DNA of 64,000 nt, from contig CAVSLV010000001.1 in the NCBI GenBank assembly GCA_963728915.1, positions 1,659,480 through 1,723,479 on the forward strand, read 5' to 3'. The position numbers and the translations under genes are program-made. Positions 44,258 to 54,733 of the stretch are shown here, piece by piece; within the stretch, counting starts at the first letter, position 1, and each line of letters begins with the position of its first letter. Origin of the DNA: an uncultured Gemmatimonadales bacterium (lineage in GTDB: Bacteria; Gemmatimonadota; Gemmatimonadetes; Gemmatimonadales; GWC2-71-9). The notes beneath the pieces were generated by a model. That model was not told where the DNA came from. It did not search any database and worked only from the letters and a program-made list of their open reading frames with translations.

Positions 44258-45961
44258 ATGCGAACCCCTACGTTCGTGAAGCTGTTTCTTCTCCTCCTCC
44301 TTGCCGGCCTCGCGGTAACCGTGTTTGTCGTCTCCCGGCGGAAAGCCAGTGAGGTGGATGTGGGGCCCGCCATGCCCGATTCAGCGTATGCGCCTGAACC
44401 TGGAGTAAGCGGTGTCGTGCGGCTATCAGTTTTTGGCGATGCCCGAGGGGCGGCCACCCCACAGCGGCATGTCACCGCGTTCGTCGATGGAACCTCCTAT
44501 CTCGGCCAGCACAGTAACGACCTCCGCGGATTCCTCGATGGAACATTCAAATACGCGTGGAACCAGGCAGGACAGGTGCACGTTCGAGTCGGACGCCGGG
44601 GTGAAGCGCCGCGCTATGGCGAGTACGAGCTCTTTCGCGACGCCTTCCGCTGGGACAGTATCTCCTTGCCTCCTGGTTCACGGGTTGTAGAGGCTAGGCT
44701 GAGACTCGGTATCGAGGATGGACCTCGCTTTCCGGTTCATGTCTTCCTCTACCGGGTCCGCCGGCCATGGAACCCCGGCTCGGGAGGTACGCTGGAGAAC
44801 AACGTGAGTCCCCCCAAGCCGGGAGAAGTCTGGTGGGATGACGCTGCGTACGGGCAGCAGCCATGGGGATTGCCCGGGGCATCGTTTGCATCCAACGACA
44901 GCACGGTTGCGGATACCGACCCCTTGCCCCTCGCTCAAACCGCGTTCAGCCCGGGAGACACGGTGCTCCAATTTGCCTCCAGGAAGCTCGCGGAATACGT
45001 CGACGCGCAGTCGCGAGGAGCTATGCCTCTCCTCCTTCTTCTCAAGCTCTCGGACCCGGAGGAAGACCTTCCCGGTTCAGTGATGACCGTTTATTCGGGC
45101 ACGCAGGGCGACGATCGCGCAGTATCCCGCCGTCCGCACCTGACGCTCACTTGGGAGAACCCCGGCGAGGTCGCGAGTGTGAGCAAGCCCGTGGAGCTGG
45201 AGTACGGACGCACCTACGTCCTTCCTCGACTCTCCGCGAAAGGCAACTGGGTGGCCGCCAGTTTCATCGGGGATTCCAGCTCTCCAGCGGCGACGGTGGA
45301 GATGCGCGGAGGTATCGGGGACTCGACATCACCTTGGCGTTCCGCCATCCTCCCCCGGCACGAACACTGGAGTTGGGTCGAGGCCCGGATCCAGGCGGTG
45401 GTCGATCCCGTCGTTCTCGGCCAGGCATTCAAAGCCAGCTTCTCGAATACCTGGATTCGCACCGATGCGCCTGAGCGTCAACGGGTTCCGTGGGTTTTCG
45501 TTTCGCCCAGCGGGCAACGTCACGAGGTGACCGCCGACTACCAAGGGAACTATCGATGGGAGGTCCACTTGATCCCCGACGAACTGGGGCGGTGGACCTA
45601 CTCGTGGACTTCGCAGTTCGAGGAAGAACCCTATCGAAGTGCCACTGGAGCGTTCGATGTCGTCCTGGGAGATCGGCAGAATGCCGCCCTTCAACTCGAT
45701 GCCTTTGGTGAACAGCTACAGAAAGACTCTCTCGCCCAGCGCCCCGACCTTCTACAACGTCGTATGGTTCAGTTCATGAGGCTGGAGCGCGCGGCGATGG
45801 AATTGGAAACGCCAACTTCATTCAGATCGCCCGAGGGAACCCGCCTCCGGACTCTGCTCCGGCGGGTCCGGGAACGGCTGGGGGGTCAGATGGTTCCTGA
45901 CCCGATCCCATTGGTCCCTGACCTGCCCCCGGAGTGGCAGCGCCGGCCCGGGAAGCCGTGA
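44258..45961 (+). CDS. Membrane-anchored extracytoplasmic protein, possible DNRLRE-like and DUF5060-like domains
   Basis: N-terminal TM; FRWDSISLPPGSRVVEARLRL..LYRVRRPW; FVSPSG..YQGNYRWEVHLIPDELGRWTY. Domain calls are by eye only. Confidence 0.55.
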   Translation: MRTPTFVKLFLLLLLAGLAVTVFVVSRRKASEVDVGPAMPDSAYAPEPGVSGVVRLSVFGDARGAATPQRHVTAFVDGTSYLGQHSNDLRGFLDGTFKYAWNQAGQVHVRVGRRGEAPRYGEYELFRDAFRWDSISLPPGSRVVEARLRLGIEDGPRFPVHVFLYRVRRPWNPGSGGTLENNVSPPKPGEVWWDDAAYGQQPWGLPGASFASNDSTVADTDPLPLAQTAFSPGDTVLQFASRKLAEYVDAQSRGAMPLLLLLKLSDPEEDLPGSVMTVYSGTQGDDRAVSRRPHLTLTWENPGEVASVSKPVELEYGRTYVLPRLSAKGNWVAASFIGDSSSPAATVEMRGGIGDSTSPWRSAILPRHEHWSWVEARIQAVVDPVVLGQAFKASFSNTWIRTDAPERQRVPWVFVSPSGQRHEVTADYQGNYRWEVHLIPDELGRWTYSWTSQFEEEPYRSATGAFDVVLGDRQNAALQLDAFGEQLQKDSLAQRPDLLQRRMVQFMRLERAAMELETPTSFRSPEGTRLRTLLRRVRERLGGQMVPDPIPLVPDLPPEWQRRPGKP

Positions 45962-45964
45962 CGT

Positions 45965-47344
45965 TTGGCTTCGCAGAATTCCCAAGCCTCCTGTCACCCA
46001 TTTGATGGTCTCGCCGTGAGCGGCCGCAACGAGGTGGTCCGAACTGCCAGGCGAATCCCCCTCGACTTGAATGGTCCCGCCTGGAAGTCCATTCAGGTGG
46101 CCCTTTGGCTCGCCGGAGGCGGAGTTCTCCTCACGGGGTCAAACCTGTTGCTCGCCGGGCTCCTGGATCCGATCCAGTTCGGGTGGTTTTCTCTGTTCCA
46201 GTCGTTCCTCGCGCTGGGCGTGGGGCTCGTTCCCCTGGGCATCGACAGCCTTATCGCGCGCCACGAGATGCAACTGCTCCCTCGGACCCTCGTCCGGGTG
46301 ATACCAGCCCTTCTCCTGGCGGGGAGCATCGTTGCGGCAATCAGCGTGGTGTTCTACGCGATGTCCTGGACGATGGCGATCTACCTGGTGGCCGGAACAT
46401 CGCTGGGAGCCGTAGGTGTCCTCAGCGCCGCCAGGGAACGAGGAGCATTGCGACTCAACACCGCCCAGTTGATCGTGCAGCTGCCGTTTCTGATTCTCCT
46501 GATCGGCACCCTCTTCATCGTGCGTCTGCACGGAACCGAATGGCAGACCGCTGGCAAGGTCCAGGTAGTGGGATGCGGAGTCGCAGCGATGCTGGGTGTG
46601 ATTCTGCTGAAGCGGGCATCCGTTCAGGCGGATCCGGTGAGCTCCTCCACGAACAGCGTCGTGTGGTCCCGGGCTATGTCTTTTCTCGGGATCAACGGGT
46701 CGGTGCTCCTGCTGCTCTATCTGGAGCGCCTGCTCATTCCCCACCTGCTTGGTCTGGCGGACCTTGCCACGTTCAGTCTTCTGGCAATAACCGTTGGCTC
46801 ACCATATCGCCTTCTCCAGGCCGGCACCAGCTATGCGCTCCTGCCTCGTCTCCGCTCGGCGCCCGATCCAGCGAAACGAGCTCAGATCCTCAAGCATGAG
46901 CTTTGGTTGGTCGGAATCCTCTCGCTTGCCGGAGGAGTGATACTTCTGGCCGGGGTTGGTCCCCTGATCCGCTACCTGTACCACGGGAAGTACGTTGCGG
47001 ACTTTGCCCTGATCGTCATCGTGATCCTCGCCGGCATCGCCAAGGCTGGCTACGGCATCGCGGAGGGGGTCATAGAAGGCTGCGGCAATGCGCAAACCCT
47101 CTCCCGTTACAACTGGGGCGGGTGGGTCGTGACGGGAGCCGCCGCCGCACTGGCGGTCGGAATGGCGCCCTTTGGTCTTTCGGGCATTGTTGCAGCCACT
47201 GGGGCTGGGTGGGTTGGTCGGGCAGTGATTGCCTACTGGCTCATCAGACTCCAGGATCGCACCGGGGGAACGGTGGAGGCGCTCGAACATGGCCCGGAGG
47301 TGGGGCCAGGGCCCCCGGAAACTATTGCGAGAACTCGACAATGA
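45965..47344 (+). CDS. Polysaccharide flippase (Wzx/MOP-like)
   Basis: Highly hydrophobic with about 12 TM segments; LLDPIQFGWFSL, LERLLIPHLLG, YALLPRL; glycan-locus context. Start uncertain. Confidence 0.75.
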   Translation: MASQNSQASCHPFDGLAVSGRNEVVRTARRIPLDLNGPAWKSIQVALWLAGGGVLLTGSNLLLAGLLDPIQFGWFSLFQSFLALGVGLVPLGIDSLIARHEMQLLPRTLVRVIPALLLAGSIVAAISVVFYAMSWTMAIYLVAGTSLGAVGVLSAARERGALRLNTAQLIVQLPFLILLIGTLFIVRLHGTEWQTAGKVQVVGCGVAAMLGVILLKRASVQADPVSSSTNSVVWSRAMSFLGINGSVLLLLYLERLLIPHLLGLADLATFSLLAITVGSPYRLLQAGTSYALLPRLRSAPDPAKRAQILKHELWLVGILSLAGGVILLAGVGPLIRYLYHGKYVADFALIVIVILAGIAKAGYGIAEGVIEGCGNAQTLSRYNWGGWVVTGAAAALAVGMAPFGLSGIVAATGAGWVGRAVIAYWLIRLQDRTGGTVEALEHGPEVGPGPPETIARTRQ

Positions 47345-48528
47345 AGATAGCGATCATGATGCGAGCCATGGACCAAGACAGCGGGTTTCATGGACTCACC
47401 GATGGATTGGTAGATGCTTTGCTGAACCTTGGAGGACCTCACACCTACCTTCTCATCTATCGTACACCGAAATACTACGGGAGGTTCTCGTCCTACGGTA
47501 ATGCGACGGAGCTGCTCCTCCCCAGTCGTCGCAAGATGATCTGGGACCAGGTTGTCGTCCCGCACGCCGCATGGAAGTACCAGGCCGACGTCATCTATAA
47601 CCCGAAATTCACGGTTCCTCTCAGTAGCCGATGTGCAACGGTCATGTGCATCCAGGAACCGAGCTGGTGGGCCCGGCCGGCGGATCATGAGCAGCTTGAT
47701 GTGTGGTATCAGAAAGTCATGCTCCCGGTATACCTGCGTCGAGCTTCCCATCTTACCTCCATGACGCACTGGGATTTGGAAGAAACACGAAAATACGTTG
47801 GCGTCTCACCCGACAAGTTCACCGTGACCTACGCGGGAGTGCACCGGCACCTTCGAAGAGTAACCGACGAGGGCGCCCTCAACGAATTCCGCGTCCGGCA
47901 TCGCTTGCCTGACAAATTCATTCTGTCCATGACGAAAGTCGACTACCCGGGACAGGACAAGTCTCGCAAATGGAACCCCGGCAAGAACCCCCATACCTCG
48001 TTAAGCGCGTTCCTTCTTTGTCGAGATCGCATCCCACATGATCTGGTAGTCGCCGGGAGAAACGTTCGGAACTATTTCCTCGCCAACGGCTTTGAGGAGG
48101 CTGATCTCAACCGCGTCCATTTTGTCGACTTTATCCCCTTTGAGGAGATCCAGAAGATCTACACCCTTGCAGATCTGATTCTGGTGCCTTCGTACTATGA
48201 GAGCTTCAGCCTCACGATGGTGGGGGCCATGGCCTGTGGTTGTCCCGCGATTGCCTCCACGAGCTGTGGGATGCAGGAAGTCGCGAAGGATGGCGCCCTT
48301 TATGCTGACCCGGATTCTCCGCAAGATCTCGCCGACAAGATCCGATTGATGATTGCCGATGAGGGACTCAGGAAGACACTGCGAACCAGAGCGCTGGAGA
48401 TAGTTTCACACTACACCTGGAAGAATGCGGCGAAAGAAACCCTGCGGGCGTTCGAAAAGGCGGCTATGACAAAACGCCGTTCGCGGAGGAAGGCTTCACG
48501 AGCCGGGGATCCCAAGGCAGGACGTTAG
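47341..48528 (+). CDS. Glycosyltransferase family 4
   Basis: ATG 47341 in an ATGA overlap; KN motif; YTLADLILVPSYYESFSLTMVGAMACGCP. Confidence 0.87.
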   Translation: MKIAIMMRAMDQDSGFHGLTDGLVDALLNLGGPHTYLLIYRTPKYYGRFSSYGNATELLLPSRRKMIWDQVVVPHAAWKYQADVIYNPKFTVPLSSRCATVMCIQEPSWWARPADHEQLDVWYQKVMLPVYLRRASHLTSMTHWDLEETRKYVGVSPDKFTVTYAGVHRHLRRVTDEGALNEFRVRHRLPDKFILSMTKVDYPGQDKSRKWNPGKNPHTSLSAFLLCRDRIPHDLVVAGRNVRNYFLANGFEEADLNRVHFVDFIPFEEIQKIYTLADLILVPSYYESFSLTMVGAMACGCPAIASTSCGMQEVAKDGALYADPDSPQDLADKIRLMIADEGLRKTLRTRALEIVSHYTWKNAAKETLRAFEKAAMTKRRSRRKASRAGDPKAGR

Positions 48529-48606
48529 CGGCGGATGGCGGAATCCGAGACTCAAGGAATGCCGTCGCTGGAGATCGCATGGCATGGCCGGAGGCATACA
48601 GCGCTC

Positions 48607-48960
48607 CTAGATTCCTCGAATCAGCAGGTCGTCTTGAAAACTGGCGCGATCCCGCTTCTTCGCGAAGAAGGTCAAGGCATCCAGATCGCCACGATTCTCG
48701 AAGAAATGAACATGGAAGCGGCCACAACCGAGTTGGTGCAGCATCGCAAATGTTGAATTGAGGTCGAAGACGATTTTTTCCATTAACGGCTCGGGAACAG
48801 GCTTGCGGTACACCAGGTTCATCATACCGTTCGCCAATGGCACGTTCCTTCGAAGGTGGCCGACTACACCGGCCATCCAGCCCCCTTGCTGCCTATGAAT
48901 CAGGAAGTCGACGACCCCAACGCCGTTCGGTGCCAATCGTTCAATCCCGCACCGAAGAAT
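48607..48960 (-). pseudogene. C-terminal relic of a class I methyltransferase
   Basis: EILRCGIERLAPNGVGVVDF resembles the LxPGG motif III and is followed by EPLME..FDLN..HVHF. An in-frame TGA lies just upstream and no motif I is found. Confidence 0.4.
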
Positions 48961-49333
48961 CTCTCAAACCGCATGACTCCGTAGTACGGATCTCGCATGC
49001 CGTACTTCTCCCCACTCGCGATCCGACTTGAGCAAGGGCAGTGTCCTGCTGACCCTCCCCGTTGGCGCAACCCAGTTCTTTGGCCCTCACCCCGATTCCA
49101 ACCTGGGCCGCGCTGCCGCCCCAGCCCGCAGACCGAATGGCCGTTGCGCAAGCGCAACACGCCAAGTTTAGATTGGTCCAAGGACGAACAACTTGGGCGG
49201 CCACGCACAAAGCCTCCTTAGGTCGGTCCATTCTGGACGAGCCCAGCGGCCTACTAATTGCTCGAAGGCGAGCGCCGGTAGTCCTGCAGGCTTTGACTTT
49301 ATCCCCACTGGGAGTGTTCGGAGCGTTCATCGC

Positions 49334-50392
49334 ATGAGAGTTCTCGTAACCGGTGGGTCCGGTTTCATTGGCTCAGCGCTGGTTCGTCGCATCATTGGGG
49401 ATCGACGACATGCGGTGGTCAATGTCGACAAGCTTACCTATGCCGCCAGTCCGGCGGCATTGGCCTCAGTGTCGGAGGAAGCGACCTACCAATTCGAACA
49501 CGCCGATATCGCCGACTCGGTGGCCATGCAGTCGGCGTTCGCGAGGCACCGACCCGATGCCGTCATTGCACTGGCCGCCGAAAGTCACGTAGATCGCTCC
49601 ATCGACGGGCCAGCTCCCTTCATCCACACCAACATCGTCGGAACGTTCACTCTCCTCGAAGCGGCAACCACCTATTGGAACACCTTGCCTGGGGCGGGGA
49701 AAGATCGGTTCCGGTTCTTGCATGTGTCGACAGACGAGGTGTTCGGCTCGCTCGGGCCCGATGGCCACTTCCAAGACGACAGCCCATATCGCCCGAACTC
49801 GCCGTATGCGGCGAGCAAGGCCGCGGCGGACCACCTGGTGAGAGCGTGGCACCGGACCTACGGGCTGCCGACTATCGTCACGAACTCTTCGAACAACTTC
49901 GGCCCCTTCCAATTCCCCGAAAAACTTATCCCCTTGACCATAACCCGTGCGCTCGAGGAAAAATCCCTCCCGATCTACGGCCAAGGCGATAACGTCCGCG
50001 ACTGGCTATACGTGGAGGACCACGTGGACGGCCTGCTCACCGTGCTCGAGCATGGGGAACCCGGAGCGAATTACAACATTGGCGGACACGCGGAACGGAC
50101 CAACCTGGACATCGTCCGGCAAGTCTGCCGTCTCCTCGACCAACTCGTTCCGGGGCCAGCCCCGCGCGAAAAACTGATACGGTTCGTCGCCGATCGGCCA
50201 GGTCACGATTTCCGATATGCACTCGACTGCGCCCGGATCACTCGTGAGCTGGGCTGGCATCCCAGGCATGCTTTTGAGCTGGCCCTCGAGCAAACCGTGC
50301 GTTGGTATCTCGCGAATCAGGACTGGTGGCGGCGCATTCGCGCTGAAACCTATGACGGGGATCGTCTCGGGTTAACTGGGGCACAGGCGTAA
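49334..50392 (+). CDS. rfbB: dTDP-glucose 4,6-dehydratase
   Basis: TGGSGFIG, DKLTYA, AAESHVDRSI, HVSTDEV, YAASK, DRPGHDFRY. Confidence 0.96.
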   Translation: MRVLVTGGSGFIGSALVRRIIGDRRHAVVNVDKLTYAASPAALASVSEEATYQFEHADIADSVAMQSAFARHRPDAVIALAAESHVDRSIDGPAPFIHTNIVGTFTLLEAATTYWNTLPGAGKDRFRFLHVSTDEVFGSLGPDGHFQDDSPYRPNSPYAASKAAADHLVRAWHRTYGLPTIVTNSSNNFGPFQFPEKLIPLTITRALEEKSLPIYGQGDNVRDWLYVEDHVDGLLTVLEHGEPGANYNIGGHAERTNLDIVRQVCRLLDQLVPGPAPREKLIRFVADRPGHDFRYALDCARITRELGWHPRHAFELALEQTVRWYLANQDWWRRIRAETYDGDRLGLTGAQA

Positions 50393-50557
50393 GGACGTCC
50401 GTCGCGTGCCCGAGCCAACATGACGTTTGGTGGCGGCAAGGAAGAAGTCGCGCAATGCTTCAGGAGGACCGATGTCTTCGTCGCCCGACGTTGACGTGGT
50501 TGACGCTCGGATGCCGACGTGAGCCCTCACCCTTTCGGGAACGCGATACCACCTAAT

Positions 50558-51823
50558 ATGTCTCTTCCAGAACACGATATTCCACCAGGTAAAGTCGATC
50601 GCTGTCAGATCACCGGCTCGACGAACCTCTTTGAGGCTATCGACCTCGGCCACCAGCCTCCCTGCGACGCGCTCCTTACGACAGCGCAACTCGACCAGCC
50701 GGAAACGTACTATCCCTTGCGTCTCATGATCTGTCCCGACTCGGGGTCGGCGCAACTCGACTATTTCGTGGACGGCTCCGAGATCTATTATCCCGAATAT
50801 CCCTATCGCAGCGGAATCTCAAAACCGCTCGAGGAGTACCAGCGCACATTCGCCGACGATATCGTCAAGCGTTTCCACCTCACCCCGGGCTCCCTCTGCA
50901 TCGATATCGGATCCAATGACGGAACCCTCCTCACCGGCTTTAAGCGTCATCAGATGCGCGCCCTCGGCGTCGAGCCGACGAACGTGGCGCAGATCGCGCG
51001 CGAGGAGAACGGGATCGAAACGATCCAGGCCTTCTTCAACGAGGCGGTCGCGAACGAGATCGTGCGAGAGTTCGGCCCCGCGAAGATCGTCACGATGACC
51101 AACGTGTTCGCGCATATGACGACACTCGGGGAGGTCATGCGTGGGCTGGCGCTGCTGCTGGACAAGAGTGGGGTTTTTGTCCTTGAGAACCAGTATCTCC
51201 TGGACGTGCTCGAGAAAAACCAGTTCGATGGAATCTATCATGAGCACATTCGGACCTACAGTCTGAAGGCGCTCGCGACCCTGATGCCGTACTACGACCT
51301 CGAAGTCTTCGACGTACAGCGTGCTTCCCGCTACGGTGGGAACATCCGTGCCTACGTTGCGCGCAAGGGGGTCCATCCGATCGACAAGCATGTCACCGAC
51401 CTCCTCAATGAAGAAGAAGAGAAGGGGCTCTTCAGACCGGAGACCTGGGCGAGGTTCCGCGAACGAACCGAGAAAAACCGACTCGCGTTCATGGAACTCG
51501 CGTACAGCTCCGCACGAGCGACGAAGCGTTTCGTAGCAAATTCCTGCCCCGGTCGCGGTGCGGTTCTTCTCAACTATTACGGCGCAAATACGTCGCTGAT
51601 CCCGTATGTCGCCGAGCTACCGAACGGCCTCAAGGTGGGAAGATACCTTCCGGGTACCCATACCCCTGTTATCAGCAATGACATTCTTTTCACGGAGCAG
51701 CCGGAGTATGTCGTGCTCCTGGCGTGGCATTACAGCGACTACATGATCGGGGATCTCCGGAAACGCGGCCTCAGATCAAAGTTTGTTGTGCCACTTCCCG
51801 AGTTCCGCGTCGTGGAAGACTAG
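50558..51823 (+). CDS. NDP-hexose C-methyltransferase family protein
   Basis: IDIGSNDG, LGVEP, TNVFAH, FDGIYHEH, YLPGTHTP, LLAWHY, VVPLP. Alternative GTG start at 50519. Confidence 0.88.
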   Translation: MSLPEHDIPPGKVDRCQITGSTNLFEAIDLGHQPPCDALLTTAQLDQPETYYPLRLMICPDSGSAQLDYFVDGSEIYYPEYPYRSGISKPLEEYQRTFADDIVKRFHLTPGSLCIDIGSNDGTLLTGFKRHQMRALGVEPTNVAQIAREENGIETIQAFFNEAVANEIVREFGPAKIVTMTNVFAHMTTLGEVMRGLALLLDKSGVFVLENQYLLDVLEKNQFDGIYHEHIRTYSLKALATLMPYYDLEVFDVQRASRYGGNIRAYVARKGVHPIDKHVTDLLNEEEEKGLFRPETWARFRERTEKNRLAFMELAYSSARATKRFVANSCPGRGAVLLNYYGANTSLIPYVAELPNGLKVGRYLPGTHTPVISNDILFTEQPEYVVLLAWHYSDYMIGDLRKRGLRSKFVVPLPEFRVVED

Positions 51824-51826
51824 TTC

Positions 51827-52927
51827 GTGCTCCCGTTCCTTGAATTCTCCAAACTCAACCTCCCCTACAAGAGGGAGTTGATAGAAGCTCTCTCGAAGGT
51901 CATCGACGAGGGTCAGTACATTATCGGCCCCCGGACCCTCGCGTTCCAGGAACGGTTCGCCGCATATTGCGGAGTGAAAGAGGCGATCGGGACCGACAAT
52001 TGCCTCGATGCCCTTACGCTCATCATTCGCGGGTACAAGGAGCTCGGCGTGATGAAGGAGGGGGATGAGATCATTCTGCCCTCGAACACCTACATCGCAA
52101 GCATTCTCGCCGTTTCTGAAAACCGCCTCCAGCCTGTCCTCGTCGAGCCCGACTTACTGACCTACAACATCGACCCGCAACTGATCGAAGCGCACATAAC
52201 GCCCAGGACCAAGGGCATACTGATCGTCCACCTCTACGGCCGCGTAGCGTATTCTGACGAGATACAGCGGATCGCGGGCACCTACGGACTCAAGGTTATC
52301 GAGGATGCCGCGCAGGCGCACGGCGCCGCCTACCGGGGAAGAAAGGCGGGCAATCTCGGCGATGCCGCAGGGTTCAGCTTCTACCCGTCGAAGAATCTTG
52401 GCGCAATCGGTGATGCGGGCGCGGTGACGACGAACGACAAAGGCCTCGCCGACATCATGCGAGCACTCCGCAACTATGGGAGCGAAAAGAAGTACCACAA
52501 CCTGTACAAGGGAGTAAACAGTCGCCTCGACGAGATGCAGGCGGCAATTCTTTCCGTGAAGCTCGGGCATCTCGACAAGGACAATGCCCGAAGAAGAGTT
52601 ATCGCAAAACGCTACCTTGAGCAGATAACGAACCCGCGCCTCACCCTGCCGGAGCCAGTGTTAGATGAAAGCCATGTCTGGCATCTGTTCACCGTGCGGA
52701 CCGAGCATCGCGATCGATTCGAAGGGCACATGAAGGATCGAGGTGTCGGCACGCTCATTCACTACCCTATCCCTCCGCACAAACAACCTGCATACACAGA
52801 GTGGAAAGACAAGTCCTATCCTATTTCGGAGGAGATCCATCGGACCATCGTGAGCCTGCCACTGGCGCCGTACCTTACGGAGGAAGAGGTGTCGCACATT
52901 GTGAGCGCGGCGAACAGTTTTGCGTAA
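51827..52927 (+). CDS. DegT/DnrJ/EryC1/StrS sugar aminotransferase (FdtB-like)
   Basis: [36 protein letters not shown] (PLP Lys), [18 protein letters not shown]. Confidence 0.93.
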   Translation: MLPFLEFSKLNLPYKRELIEALSKVIDEGQYIIGPRTLAFQERFAAYCGVKEAIGTDNCLDALTLIIRGYKELGVMKEGDEIILPSNTYIASILAVSENRLQPVLVEPDLLTYNIDPQLIEAHITPRTKGILIVHLYGRVAYSDEIQRIAGTYGLKVIEDAAQAHGAAYRGRKAGNLGDAAGFSFYPSKNLGAIGDAGAVTTNDKGLADIMRALRNYGSEKKYHNLYKGVNSRLDEMQAAILSVKLGHLDKDNARRRVIAKRYLEQITNPRLTLPEPVLDESHVWHLFTVRTEHRDRFEGHMKDRGVGTLIHYPIPPHKQPAYTEWKDKSYPISEEIHRTIVSLPLAPYLTEEEVSHIVSAANSFA

Positions 52928-53071
52928 CCACAATCCCTCATCGTCGAAGTCTGCTCCTTGCCGGAACGAGTGACCTTGTTGTGGTGGCTGGGGCATGAAC
53001 TCTAGACCTATCTGCCTCGAGATCAAGGAAGCTCAGGTGGCTCCCCAGGGCGGAAAAGGGCCACGGCCACT

Positions 53072-53097
53072 CCGGAGATTTCGCCGCGAACTCCGGC
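53072..53097. terminator. GC-rich hairpin between convergent genes (terminator or REP-like)
   Basis: CCGGAG-ATTTCGCCGCGAA-CTCCGG inverted repeat; no clear U-tract. Confidence 0.3.
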
Positions 53098-53107
53098 TCA
53101 GGTGGAC

Positions 53108-53237
53108 TCAGTATCGAGGAAGACCTCGTGCTGCTTCTGCCAGAAGGCCGGTCAGGTAGTCGCCGTACCCACTCCCCGGCGCCTCGGCTGCCAGCCGTTC
53201 CACCTGCTGGTCATCGATAAAGCCCATGCGCCAGGCG
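53108..53237 (-). pseudogene. rfbA: Orphan 3' end of a second rfbA/rmlA
   Basis: [42 protein letters not shown] aligns without gaps to the C-terminus of the intact rfbA (57858-57987), 29/42 aa identical by hand count. Confidence 0.85.
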
Positions 53238-53355
53238 CGCCCCTCCTCGGCCGGAAATCCGTCGAGAACGCCTGTTAGCGGAGCATGACAAACCCGCTTC
53301 TGAGCCAAAGACCGGGCCGAAGAGGGAGCCACCCTCACCCGCATGCGGAGGCTCC

Positions 53356-54733
53356 TCACCCGTGCCCGGGGTCCCGCCCTGTCGAGTGGCGGTGAAGACG
53401 ATACACCCGCACCTCAGCGGGGGCAAACTCAAGCGGAACGCGAACAGGAATGCGGAAAGAGCGAATCACTTCGTAAGGGGACGCTGTTACGCTCAACAGC
53501 CTCCGATAGAATGCAAACAGCCTTGGAGAAGGAGGAGAGTACATGTACCAGTCTCGATTTCTATCCGGATCCCAGCTGTCATCGGCTCGGAGCGCCCTGG
53601 ATTTCAGTGCCAGGTTGATCTGATCGAGATCCGTTGCAGACGTAATGACATACTCTGGATACTCCCACAGAGCTCTTTCGGCATACCGCGCCGAATCCAA
53701 AGCAGGGTAGATCCAGGAATGATAACGCCAAGGAAACTTCTCGGAAATCACCGACACTCCAAGACTAGCCCCTTCTGGTACAGAGTCCAGCAGAAACTTG
53801 GAGGCAACTGGTCGCGGATCTTTCCAGCGAATCCAAATGCCGGTGACGCATTCATACATCGAAACAGTCACGGTAAGTATGGCAGCCACGATCCCAACTC
53901 CATGAACAAGCGGCCGTCCGACATCCGCTAGTCGCTGGTAGAATCCGGCAGCAAACAGGCAAAAACATGGTGCAAAGGCGATGACGAACCGCGGAGGGAA
54001 AAACCCCGGCCACAGCAGGTACGACGCTAGCGTGGCACCCGCCAACAAGGTGATTTCCAGGCGATAGCTGTGTGGTCTCCAAACGAGGATTCCTGCCGCA
54101 GCCATCACCGCCAAGGGAATGCCGAGCGCCACTCCGGTCGCATCAGCCCAGGTCGCGACGGTTTCCCCTAGTGAACCCGCGGTGCGCTCGTTCCAATTGA
54201 ATTGCTCGGCCCGAAAGGTACGTACATATTTGGCGGGATTCAGCAGCATGTGGGGATGAAACGCGAGAAAAACGCCCAAGGCGACCACACCGTAGAGCAA
54301 TAGTGCTCTGAGAGAGATTCTCCTGAACATGACGAGTCCGAGCGGAACCACCAGAAACGGGATACCGGATAACTTGGTGCCAATGAGATAGGCGGTTGCG
54401 ACACCAAGGAGGATGGCGTTCCAGGAGTTCGACTGCAACTGGAGCCGCTTGAGGAACAGAAGATTCGCGAGGAGGAGAAAACTCAGGGGGACATCCAGAG
54501 TCGCTACCGCACTATTGAGAACGGGGTAGAAAGCCGTTGCAAGAAGGACCGCACTCAGAAAGGCTGCTCTCGGAGAGAGGTAGGACCGGGCAAACCGAAA
54601 TTGAAGGTACACGGTCGCGGTGCCGAGCAGCACCGAGGCTAGACGACAAATCAGCCATACCAGGATACGATAGTTGTCGGACCAGCCTCGCACATAGACG
54701 AGTAACGCTTTGAGCGGGAACAACAAGAATCCC
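53356..54733 (-). pseudogene. GT39/ArnT/PMT-like multi-TM glycosyltransferase, 3' part (interrupted by IS630)
   Basis: CRLASVLLG, SAVATLDVP, LIGTKLSG, PRF; many TM helices; continues in frame with the fragment on the far side of the IS. Confidence 0.75.

Noticed and set aside
48997..49337. Short ORFs upstream of rfbB and in 57600-57850 and 58840-59270
   Set aside because: They have no motifs or convincing RBS and are treated as intergenic or degraded sequence.
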